Shown here: piece by piece, positions 24,500 through 36,900 of the stretch
Layout of the letters: each line of letters begins with the position of its first letter
Numbering within the stretch: position 1 is the stretch's first letter
DNA from: Epiperipatus broadwayi
Taxonomy: Eukaryota > Animalia > Onychophora
NCBI GenBank assembly: GCA_028023455.1
Contig: JAQFVV010000001.1
Coordinates: forward strand, 1,178,001 to 1,242,000
Reading direction: 5' to 3'
DNA length: 64,000 nucleotides
Notes under the pieces: model-generated
Seen by the model: only the letters and a program-made list of their open reading frames with translations
What the model was told of the DNA's origin: nothing
Database searches by the model: none
Translations under genes and position numbers: made by a program

Positions 24500-27420
24500 G
24501 AAACTGTTACAGAGATGCAGTAGTTGTTATCTAGTGTAAATTCACCCCTGAAAATAGCCAAAGGCAAATTTCTCCCTGAGTTTGAATACTGAGGCATAAT
24601 GGAATCCAAAAGAAGGGTGAGGTATGGATGAACTAGCCCAAATTGTATCTAAATTTAATGTGTAAACTTAGAGCTAGCTCATTGGAGGCAGATACGATCA
24701 TAGATTAGGTACTTTATCGCATCATTCACAGCATCTTGCCCAAAGACTAGGTCCGACTAGTGAGATGTGTTACCTTCTGGTGGACTTAGATCTGGCACCT
24801 GAACATTAGGGGCATGGAACAAGTTTCTAAGGAGGTCCAGCCATTGGATTGGTAAATTAAAAAAAAAAAAATTAAACTGCCAAATTTTCCACGGTATATA
24901 AACCTGATGGGTTCACCTGAGTAGCAGCCATTTGATACACCCAACCAGAAAAGGATAAGACTCGTGAATTTAAACCATTTCCAAGCGACCACTCCAAAAA
25001 AAACCTCATAAAATATTGAATATAAGTTGATTGATGAGAATGGAATGATAAACTGAGACCATAAATAAATAATTAACTAATATACTAAATTTAAAATAGG
25101 TGAGTTAAAAAGAACAGGCTAAAAACATAAGCATTTAAAAATAACATGTATACAAACAAAAAAATACAGAGAGGTTAAATATAATAGCTGAATGGCAAGA
25201 AGTAGCAGATGGTCCTATGACTTATATCTGTATTTACAAAGGAAATAAATTTATACTTAACTATTAAAGAAAAATTTGATAAGCAGAAAACATTTATTAA
25301 GAGTAAATATGAAACATTTTGCGGAACCACAAAATAATAGTGAAGATAATACTATTAGTAGTGGGGGAGGGTCTTCATAGATCCAAATACCTGGGGGTCT
25401 ATGACCAAAGTTGATCACCCTCCACATGTTGCAGATCAGGTGTTACCTCAAGATCAATGAGCAATGGTCTTCACGGATCCAAATACCGGGGGGTCTATGA
25501 CCAAAGTTGATCATCCTCCACAGACACATGTCACAGATCAGGTGTTACCTCAAGCTCAATGAGCACTTGATGAGAGATGACCAAGTACCTGAAAGTAAAT
25601 TGGCATAGGCTATAAGAAGTGACACATCCATGGAACAAATGGTCCAAAGGATGATGAGAAATATAGAAGCAAAGTTGGACTGTAAAATGAACACTGAAAG
25701 AAGAAATGAACAGCATGGAAGCAAGAATGAACAGTAACACGCAGCTTAAGGGAAGATGAGTAATATGAAGGAAGAAATTGGTAATAGGATGATCAGCATG
25801 GAGAATTTAAGAGCAGAATTAGTAATGTCAGGGCAGATAAAAATAGAAATAAAAGATAGAGAAACTACTGTCCATTGATATGGAACAGTTGTCAATAAAT
25901 TAAACAATGTCCAAAAGGACAATTCTGAAATCAAACAAGCTCTTGGCAATCTGAGAAATGGGAAAAGATTTGAAATGCCAACAATGATTTGAGGAGCTTA
26001 GGTCTAGCATCGTTGGACAGTTTAGTATCAGAAGACCTTTAGAGATGTGCTTGCAGATCAGAAGCTGTGAGCTGAGGTCCAAAGAGAATTCCAAGGTATA
26101 CACTCTAGGATGGACCAATTCTTCACATAACAGCATCGAAGCAGAATTCATGTGACAAAACGCTAGAAAAAATCATCCCAAATGACTGGGAGATGGTAGC
26201 CTCAGTAGAAACTGGCACACCCATGGACAAAATGGCTAGAGAAACATGGAAAATGCAACCGAAATGTATGATCAGATTGACAGGATGGCTGAAGCCCTCA
26301 ATCAAAGATTAGTGGTGATTGAGTCCTAGCTGTGTCAAAAAACAGCCATTGGTGTGTGACAAACCGAGGACCAAGAATAGTAGGGAGAAATGGAATGGCA
26401 CAGGAAACAACCCAGAGATCGACATCAAAGGCCCAAATAGAATGAGTGACCAGTGCCAAGAACCGAAAATATACTCCAAGCACAAGGTTTGCAAATACAA
26501 TGAGCCTTCAGAGCTGATCGATATCAGCTCAAAGAACTGATACAGAATGAAACAACCACCACATTACTTTGGGCAGGTCAGATGAAGATTATATCTAACT
26601 ATCTTACAAGTCTGATACAGCACCTAAAATCCCTCCATCATGTAGAAGATGATCCAATAAGAGGAAGCTATTGGATCATGATAGTGGGTACCACACCACT
26701 AAACAAAAAAGTCCACAGTTCCACAAGTTATGCAATACCTATGAAGGCCCCTTCACATTCATTAAGCATATAAATACTGATGCTTAAGAAGCAAGTATTA
26801 AGAATGGACCTCAAGCATTGTGACCTGGAACACGTAAACCAGACCAAATCCCAAGGGAATACACACTGATATGTTTTAAAAAACTGATGATATCTCAAAC
26901 ACAAGGAAATGTTCAAAAGCAGGTAGGGCATGGAAAGATGCACTTACATGTTTCATTAAACACAGCTTATGACCATAGACCATTCAAGAAACCCAAAGAG
27001 TGACATGAAAGCAACACGATTCATCAAGTAACAACCCACAGATAAACATTTTCAAAGTGACACCAAGTAATATACAAGAAGTGTATTAGCAACCAATGGA
27101 TAAGAGTGAACAAAGAAACAAAATCAAGAAGAGAAGTACACACAATTTTAAGATAGAAAGTCTATCAAGATGCCCTATTTGAGTAAACCACTGGAAAATA
27201 AATAATCAAAATTTTTTATCACCCATATAAAGGACCATTTATTATTGTGAAGCAATCGGTTCCAAATGTGTTTGGATAGATGTAGAAAGAGAAAATAAGG
27301 TAGCATACAATACCCGTATTTTGAAGCCATATTTTGGTCAGTCAGAATGACCGTGTAACTAACATAGTTGAAGCAAGAGGAGAAAAGATGGTCATTAATT
27401 TGTGATGAGAGTATATCCTG
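24500..27420 (+). mobile_element. Degenerate Ty3/Gypsy internal remnants
   Basis: Two integrase C-terminal GPF motifs: YEGPFTFIK (about 26735-26765) and FYHPYKGPFIIVKQ.GSK..W (about 27210-27280); decayed gag-like coiled region upstream. Confidence 0.6.
25370..25566 (+). repeat. Tandem duplication of about 97-100 bp
   Basis: ggtcttca..gatccaaatacc.gggggtctatgaccaaagttgatca.cctccaca...cagatcaggtgttacctcaag.tcaatgagca occurs twice. Confidence 0.9.
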
Positions 27421-27740
27421 GTAAGTGTAAAAGCAATAACTGGGATACTTGAGAGCCAACAGACCTAGGAGTTGATTCATACAGGTTGTTGGACAATATT
27501 TTATTTAGTTCTTGAAAATATCCAGTAAGTCTCAAAAAGGAGCAGGGTGAAGGCTAACGAGTCTTAACTATGTGCCATCTGCGATAGACACATTACTAGT
27601 TGAGTTTGAACCATCCAACATCATAAAAATGGACCCATAAATATGTTTCACTTTACTATAATGCAGTTAATGAAGTAGGAAACTATGAAAGAATTTAGAT
27701 ATAGTCAAGGAAATATCAGAAGATAAAATGAATAGGCTTT

Positions 27741-28130
27741 ATAACCCTTCTGTAAACAAAAAAAAAAAAAAACACCATCCAATGCTAAATCAATACACAC
27801 ATTACTTAAATGTTAAACTTTTGATTAATATAAAATTTTAATCCTATAAGTGTAGCTTACAATCCTATTGAAATCAGCCGTTATTTATCCACACAAACCC
27901 ATATAAAAAGTACGCGTAACTAAGATAGTTGAATATTATAACCCTTCTGTAAACAAAAAAAAAACACCATCCAATGCTAAATCTATACACACATTACTTA
28001 AATGTTAAACTTTTCATTAATATAAAATTTTAATCCTATAAGTGAAGCTTACAATCCTATTGAAACCAGCCGTTATTTATCCACACAAACCCATATAAAA
28101 GGTAAGCGTAACTAACAGATAGTTGAATAT
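27741..28130 (+). repeat. Tandem duplication of about 197 bp
   Basis: ataacccttctgtaaacaaaa...gttgaatat at 27741-27937 and 27938-28130, nearly identical. Confidence 0.92.
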
Positions 28131-29719
28131 ACACTTTTTTGTAATCATATATATATGTACAATGTTTGCTTTATTAAGCATTAAATTAAACAAATGTCAC
28201 AATGAATTAATTTCCCTTGTTTAATGGAAATAAAAACCCAATTAAAGAAATCCTATATATTGTAACTGGACAAAACCATACAACCTCTTTACATCGGTTG
28301 TAACTATTTTCTGATGAGCATATTGTTGGAAGGATATATAAGGCTCTCCAGATGGACATTTCTCCTGAGACACATTTAATCTCCTCTTGACAATCGTCAC
28401 TCTAGTAACAGCTTATTAGTGCTGTTTTAAAATCCTGAAAATTTGTAGGCTGGGTGAACAGTGAGTCCCACCATGCTTGTACTGCACGCCGAAGATGACT
28501 ACATGCTATCACTAGTTTAACCTCTTCTGAAGTACCTCTCCAAACTTTTTATATATTTTTAATATATTTTAATGCTAGAATTGGTAAACAAATGAAAGAT
28601 GAAAATGCTGTAGGTAATTTTGGTTATGGTAATAGGAATGAGAGAGGACATAGACTTGTGGAGTTTGCAGAAAAAAGAAAAACTTTATATTATGAAATTT
28701 TTTTTTGAGAAAAATGTTAAAAGGAAATGGATGTGGAAGCATCCAAATGAAGGTACAGCAGAATTGGATTATATTTTGACTAACAGAAAATACATAGTTC
28801 AAGATTGTAATGTTCTTAATAAATTTAACACAAGAAGTGATCATCGATTAGTAAGATGTAAGATACATGTTAATGCAAAACTAGAGAGACAAAAATTATT
28901 AAAAAAAAAACAATATTTACAGTTGATGTTCCTAATCTTCAGAAACATTCTAATGAATTTAAATTAGAACTTACAAATCAGTTTCAAGTTTTAATAGATT
29001 TTGAACATGATTCAGATTTGGATGACATTAATAGGAAAATAAGCAATGCACTTTTAAAAACTGCAACAAAGATAGCTGGTAGAAAAAAGCAGCAACTGAC
29101 CAATTAAATTTTACTGAAACTAGAGAATTTATCAAGAAAAAGAATATGAGGATATACAACAATGATGCATTAAAAAAGATTGAATATCTCGAATTTTGTA
29201 AAATGGTGCAGAAAAGATTTGAAAATGATATAAGAAAGTATAATTGTGAACTAGCAAGGAAAGCTGCAGAAGAGAATAAAAGTCTAAAGAGTGTAAAACA
29301 ACATTTTGGTATTGGTAGGAAATTTATATCTGCAATAAGAAAAAAAGATGGCATTATTACTAAAAAGAGATGACATTATGAAATGTATAGAAGACTTTTA
29401 TCAAGAATTATATAGTAATAAAGAACAAGTACCTTCTATACCTATTATATCTTCCAAATTGCCCAGAAATTTTGAATGAGGAAGTGAGACATGCAATTAA
29501 ATTTATGAAGAAAGGGAAGACTCCAAGTAATGATGGAATTATAATTGATATATTAAAAGAAGCAGGTGAAGAAAGAGAAATTTTTTTAGCAAAGTTATAT
29601 ACCAAATGTCTAAATGATAAAGATGTACCAGATGATTAGAAGAATGCAGTATTAATATTTTAAAAAGTTGATAAAGAAGATATTAGAAATTACAGACCTA
29701 TCAGTTTTATACAAAATTT

Positions 29720-32350
29720 GTTTGTCATCTGATCCTTCGTGTCAGTCGCTAGAGGCGTGATTTCTAATAAAAAACACATTAATATAACGTTTCCGGGCCA
29801 GCAATTTTCTATTAATATTGACTTTTTTTTTTTTTGTTTGTTTGTTTGTTTACAAAGTTTACTTTCTTTCATTTCTGAATTATTTTTCCCAAATAATATT
29901 TTTGATGATGGTATAATAATAGTTGTTTGTTTTTTGTTAATTTTTATTGACAAGAGAGTCTTTTTTGGTGTGTTCGAATACTAATTTGTGTGTTTTTTTT
30001 AAAAAATAGTATTACTGTTTTTGTAAAATTGGATTGCCGAAATTTAAGAAAGAACGGGTCTTTTTTGGTGTGTGTTCAAATAGTAATTTGTGTTTTTTTT
30101 TTTTTTAAATAGTATTACTGTTTTTGTAAAATTGGATTGCCGAAATTTAAGAGAGAACGGGTCTTTTTTGGTGTGTGTTCAAATAGTAATTTGTGTTTTT
30201 TTTTTTTTTAAATAGTATTACTGTTTTTGTAAAATTGGATTGCCGAAATTTAAGAGAGAACGGGTTTTTTGTTGGATGGATCTTTAAATAATAATTGACG
30301 TTACTTTGATAGGTTTCCATTTGATTGCCGGGAACAATTAGTGGGGGGGGGGTATTTTTGTGTACGATTAAATAATAATTTACGTTACTTTGATAGGTTT
30401 ATGTTTGATTGCTGACAACAATTATCGGGAGAAGTGTTGTTGTTTTTTTTCACATGTGTGTGTGTATGTTTAAATAAAAATTAAAACCGTTACTTTTATT
30501 GGTTTACATTTGATTAATGACCGATATGACTTCTTTTCGTTTATAAATTATGATTTTTGTTTCTAAGAATAAATATTTTTGATAATGGGACAATAATAGT
30601 TGTTTGTTTAATTTTTATTGACAAAAGGTTGTTTTTCGGTGTAGTTTCAAATAGTAATTTGGGTTACATTTAAATAATAAGTTACCATCTTACTTTTATT
30701 GGCTTACATTTGATTGACACTAATTATTGGGAGGGGTGTTTTTTTGTGTGTATGGTTGTAGACAACAATTATTGGGTGAAGGGATGGGTTAACCATTTAA
30801 ACAATAGTAGTTTTAAGTTACGGTCTTACTTTGATTGGTTTACATTTGATTGCTGATACTAATTATTGGGAGGAGTGTTTTTTTGTATGTACGATTGTAG
30901 ACAACAATTATTGGGGAAAAGGGTGTAACCGTTTAAAGAATAGTAGTTTATGTTACTTTTAGTGGTGGTGTACATTTGATTGCTGACAATAATTAGTGAG
31001 AGGGTTGGGTGTTTTTGGATGATGATTAAATACTAATTTACCTTCCTTTTTATTTTACATTTGATTGCCGACAGCAATTAGTTGGAGAAAGGGTTTTTTT
31101 TTGTGTGTGTATGTTTAAATCAAAATTGAAGTTCCTTTTATTTATTACATTTGATTGACAACCGATTGTTTTTTTTTTTGTTTATAAATTATTGTTTTGG
31201 TTTCCCAAAAACCTAATATTTTTGACAACGGGACAATAATAGTTCTTAATTTGATTATTATTGACAAGAAAGGATCTTTTTTGGTGTACGTTTAAATAGT
31301 AATTTGGATTGTGTTTAAATAGTAATACTGTTTTGAAATAATAATTTTCGTTACTTTAATTTGTTTACATTTGATTGACAACAATTAGTGGGAGGGGTGT
31401 TTTTGTATATTTTTAAATAATAATTTACATTTTTTGGTTAACAACAATTATTGCGTGTGTATGTTATGTTACTTTATTTATCAATTTGGTTAATATTTAC
31501 TGGTAGACATTTCAATATCATTAATGGCATGCTGCACTGTCAACTCGTCATGGCTCCAGTAATGCAGCAAACGTAAAGACTTGACGAACGGCATTTGAAA
31601 TCCCTCAAACCAGCTGCCTTTTCAAAGTGCACATTTCTTTCAGCAAGAACGAGACTTACAAATGAAAGTCCAAAGATCTTTATGGACCTCAAGTCTTATA
31701 CATTCGCTGCACAAACATCTCTTTTCTTTCAGCAGGATGTTTTTCTGCTGTAGAAATGTTACAGCGCTGGCTTCCACGTCTGGTAATTCCCATATTTTCT
31801 GTTTTCGAATTTGCCATACTTTTTGTCTCGGAAAATTTCTCGCTGAAACATGACTCAAAGTGTGATCTTTAAAATATTACCCTAACCCACCGTAATCAAA
31901 AATTTAGGAGGAATATAAATTTATGAGGAACAATCACGATACTGTTAAAATTGTTAAAATGTAACAGTACATCAATTCGTCTTAAAAAAAAAGATACCAA
32001 TGAAAATTTAAATAATTTTGACACGATCAAATTAATACACCCTCGTACGATATTGTTACATCAAATACATAACACAGCATTACGATATAGTGCGTGACAC
32101 AAACAACTACGGTATTTTCCTCTGCTTTTAGCATCGGAAAAAGCCACACCGTTAGCTGCTAAGCCGAGTTAACCTTCTTTCTAGATTTTATCATAGAAAG
32201 AAGACTTAACTCTGAGTTAACAATCTTTCTAGGATTTATTTTAGAAAGAATGCTTAAAGGCTTGGGTGCGGCTGCGGAAACAGCATATTTCTAGAAATTT
32301 AGCTAGAAATCCCGCCTCTAGCAGCTGACACAAAGGATCAGATGACAACC
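29720..32350 (-). mobile_element. Merlin (IS1016/ISXO2-like) DNA transposon, internally deleted
   Basis: 47-bp TIRs 29720-29766 and 32304-32350; 8-bp TSD CAAAATTT (29712-29719, 32351-32358) restores LYKIFTKII of the LINE; minus-strand IWELP....VTFLQQKNIL...C.C...CKSRSC*KKCAL*KGSWFEG resembles the N-terminal zinc ribbon of ISXO2-like transposases. Confidence 0.8.
29958..31450 (+). repeat. Internal tandem repeats of the Merlin element
   Basis: Three near-identical units of about 100 bp (29958-30264), then diverged units with core ttacttt.attggtttacatttgattg..gacaacaatta. Confidence 0.85.
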
Positions 32351-35249
32351 CAAAATTTTTACTAAGATAATTATTTCAGAAAACACTGGATTTTCACCAA
32401 CCAAGAGAACAAGCTGGATTTAAAAGTGTTAGTACAGTAGATCATATCCAGGTATTGAGAGAAATTATAGAAAGGACAAATGAATATGAGTTGCCATTAT
32501 TCTTAGGATTTGTAGACTATGAAAAGGCATTTGATTCTATAAACATTTCTTCAGTGATTAAAGCATTGGATCATCAAGGTGTAGATCCAGGATATTGTCA
32601 TATTTTAAAGAATATTTATAAAAATGCAACAGCAACAATTAGATTGCATAATGATAGTAGGAAAATCAACATTGAAAAGGGTGTAAGACAGGGTGACTCC
32701 ATATCTCCAAAACTTTTTACAGCAATCCTGCAAGAAGTATTTTGTTGATTAAAATGGGAAGCTAAAGGAGTGAAAGTAAATGGCAATTATTTAAGTCATT
32801 TAGATTTTGCAGATGATGTAGTTGTTTTTACAAATAATGCTTTAGAGCTACAGGAAATGTTGCAGGAGTTATTAGATGAAAGTAGGACTAAAGATAAATG
32901 TTAAAAAGACTAAAGTAATGTTTAATAGTTTTTCTTAAAATATGAAAATAAAGATTGATTATGATGAGTTAGAAGAAGTTAACAGTTACAAATACCTTGG
33001 TCAGATTATTAATACAGATGGAAATATAATGGACGAAATTAATCATAGAATTAAACTTGGTTGGAGTGCTATTGGTAGAAATAACTTGATACTAAAAGGA
33101 AATATGTCTATGTGTTTGAAAAGAAAGATTTTTAATAAATGTGTTTTGCCAGTTCTTATTTATGGATCTGAGACTTGGACACTTAATAGAAGAGAATACA
33201 GAGACTTCAGACCACTCAAAGAAGTATGGAGAGATGCATTGTTGGGAGTAACAAGAAGGGATCGAAAACACAATGTATGGGTAAGAGAACAAACAGGTGT
33301 TACTGACCTCATTGAAAAAAATTAAAAGACTAAGTGGAGTTAGGCTGGACATATTGTTAGAAGAGATGATAATAGATGGACAATTGAAATTTTCAACTGG
33401 ATTCCAAGAGATTGTAAAAGACCCAGAAAGAGACCACATGTCAGATGGATGGATGAAATAGGAAAATGTGCAGGGGTGATGTGGAGAAGAGAAGCTAAAG
33501 TTGGATTGAACTTGGAGAGACCTTCATCCTGCAGTGGATTGATAATAGTTGATGATGATAGATACTTCATTACAGCTTCCTGAAAAAGTTTTTATTTTTA
33601 AAAGTTGATTTACAATTCCAGACTGGTTGTTTATTGGGACTTCATGACTTATTTTATAATTTTCTTGTATTGTTTTTGTGATTGTTTGTCTTTTCTTGCA
33701 CTGGACATAGATTGCTATTTTTTATTTCCATCTCCTTCACCTGTATGACCTATCTATCCACCTTCTGCATGGATTTTTGGATTTGTGTCATTCTTATCTT
33801 GACTTCTTGCTCAATTAGTGAGCCTTTTACTTCATCCATCACTTCCTCCTTAACATTTAATATTCTATCAGGCATTTCTTTCATTATTTGATCGATCTTT
33901 TTATTTTGACTTTCAGTTCTAGGATATGTTTTATGTCTTCTTTTCTTTTTTTATTGTCTTCATTTCTTTGCTCATCTCTTTTTCTGTTGTCTTCTTTAAT
34001 CATCATGAAAGCCTCTTCCATTTTCTGCAATTGCTTTTGATCATCTGCTTTGACTTCTTGTTTATCTTCTTCCTCAGGAAGATGAGATGTATCTCTACTT
34101 TCTGTATCCATCATCTTTTTTGTTTTTGATCTGGTTATCATCAATTTTTTTTTACTTGTACTTTTTATTTCAATTTTGATAAGCTTCACTCTCCACCCAC
34201 ACTATAATTTACCTCCATCTTCTTTTACATGCCTGTTTTATTTTTTATCTACCATTTATGCCATTCATTTTTATGCTTTTTTTTTTCTACTTCCGCCCTT
34301 TTTGAATAAATCACATCACTGCAGCATATGCACTGTTCACATCATAGAATCATGATTTGCTTATGTCATTTCCATTTCTTTTTATTTATTACTTATTTCT
34401 AGCTCTTCTATGTCTATGGATAGGCTAGCTAGACCAGGTCTCATGATTAGGGCAACAAATGTAACCGGACAAGTCCATAAACTCCTTTACATTGGTTGTA
34501 ACTATTTCCTGATGAGCATATTGTAGGAAGGAACCATCGATTGGCATTCCCCAATACAGATGTTATCCCACCTACAACAATATTTCTTACTCGTCAGAGG
34601 ATGTAGTGCCATAGAAACTGGAAACATCTAGAATTTTATATGGTTGGTTTTCCCAAACAGTACCACTAGAGTTCCATCTCACTACAACCTGACTTAACTA
34701 GGTCTACTTACCCTGAACATAGCTTAGAAGGCATAAGATTCTTGTGAACAAGTGCAATGAATGACAAGTGATGCAGTATGAACAACTGGATTGCTTTTAT
34801 ATAATTTAATTTCATAACATTTGTTAAGATCATTAGTTCTCCATAGTTATTTTGGACAATAATCCCATAAAGTTTATCATTAGTTCATTTTTGATATAGT
34901 TCATCTTTAGGATCCATATTCTGGTATATGCATATTTTCTTAGGTTCCATTGATCAATTACTTCTCATTGGTGATATATTTATCTGCAGCGTCCTTTAAT
35001 TCTTTCATTGTGATTTAAATATTATTCCTTGATCCATGTACAGCTGTATTCTATTGATGAGCATGTGTATTATTTTCTTAAGCATTTTTAATTCTTCCCA
35101 GTATAACCGTGTTCTGTTCATAACATTTATGATTCCATCATCTATAGATGTATTTTCATTATATAATGTTTATGTTTCATTCAGATTGATATATGTGGTA
35201 TATATTATTTATACTAGTGCAGACATATTTTGTTTATTAAAATATAATC

Positions 35250-36900
35250 ACTTATGATTTATTCCATGAAAGACGTTTCATTATAAACACATATGTATTT
35301 GGGATTTATTTCGATGCAGATGTAATTTGTCTAACTATATATAAGTATTCATGATTTACTCCAATAACTATGTCTTTTGATTATAAACATATAAGTATTT
35401 ATTATTTATTTCAACACAGACGTAGTTTGCAGCTAAAGTATAAGTATTCACGATTTATTTCAAGATGTATCTTGATTATAAACATATAAGTATTTAGGAT
35501 TTATTTTGGATAGAGACGTAGTTTGTGTCTAACAATATAAGTATTCATGATTTACTCCAACAAAGACGTTGTTTATAAAAATATAATCATTTATGATTTA
35601 TTCCATTAAAGACATATTTTGCAGATAAGGCATAAGTATTTATGCTATATTTCAATACAAACGCATTTTGTATATAAAAATATAAGTATTTATGATTCAT
35701 CCCAATAAAGATGTGTATTGTATATAAAAATATAAGTATTTATGATTCATCCCAATAAAGATGTGTATTGTATATAAAAATATAAGTATTTATGATTTAT
35801 CCCAATAAAACGTATTTTGCATATAAAATATGAGTATTTATGATTTATTTCAATACAGATGTATTTTGTATATAAAAATATAAGTATTTATGATTTATTC
35901 CAACAAAGATGTATTTTGATTATAAATATAAGTATTTATGATTTATTTCAACACAGGTATTTTGCATATAAAAAGATAAACATTTATGATTTATTTAATT
36001 AAAGACACATTTTGATTATAAACATATAAGTATGATTTATTTCAATACAGACATATTTTGTATATAAAAATATAAGTATTTATGATTTACTCCAATAACT
36101 ATGTATATTGTATACAAACATAAATATTTATGATTTATTTCAATACAAACATTCTGCAGATAAGATATAAGTATTTATGCTTTATTTCAATACATACATA
36201 TTTTGCATATAAAAAGATAATCATTTATGATTTTTTTTCCATACAAACATAAGATATAAGTATTTATACTTTATTTCAATACAGACATATTTGGCATATA
36301 AAATGTATAATTATTTATAATTTATCCTAATAATACAGATGTATGTTGCAGCTAAAATATAAGTATTCATGGTTTATTTCAAGAATGATGTATCTTGAAT
36401 ATAAACATATAAGTATTTAGGATTTATTTCAATACAAATGTATTTTGTAGATAAGATATAAGTATGCTTTATTTCAATACAGACACATTTGGTATATAGA
36501 ATGTATATGTTTATGATTTATCCCAATAGAAACGTATTTTGCATATAAAAATATGAGTGTGATTTATTTCAATACAGATGCATTTTGTATATAAAAATAT
36601 AAGTATTTATGATTTACTCTAATAACAACATGTATACAAACATAAGTATTTATGATTTATTTCAATACAAACATATTCTGCAGATAAGATATAAGTATTT
36701 ATGATTTATTTCGATACAGATGTATTTGCATATAAAAAGAAAATCATTTATGATTTATTTTATTAAAGACGCATTTTGATTATAGACATCTTAAGTATTT
36801 ATGATTTATTTCAATACAGACATATTTTGCTTATAAAAATATAATCATTTATGATTTATTTTAAGAAAGATGTATTTTGATTATAAACATATAAGTATTT
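35250..36900 (+). repeat. Minisatellite (about 55-60 bp units) inside the LTR of element A
   Basis: Recurrent tataagtatttatgatttatt(t/c)caatacagatgtattttg.atataaaaa. Confidence 0.92.

Larger units (their letters stand above)
28560..33559 (+). mobile_element. RTE-clade LINE (APE plus RT), 5'-truncated, split by a Merlin transposon
   Basis: FNARIG..GNRNERG, ELDYIL..RSDHRLV (endonuclease); NYRPIS; FVDYEKAFDS, KGVRQGDSISPKLF, FADD, YKYLG (RT); 3' end cctgcagtgga...gatgatgat. Confidence 0.93.

Noticed and set aside
35250-36900. CRISPR-like array
   Set aside because: Whole units are degenerate copies with no unique spacers; eukaryotic context, no cas genes.
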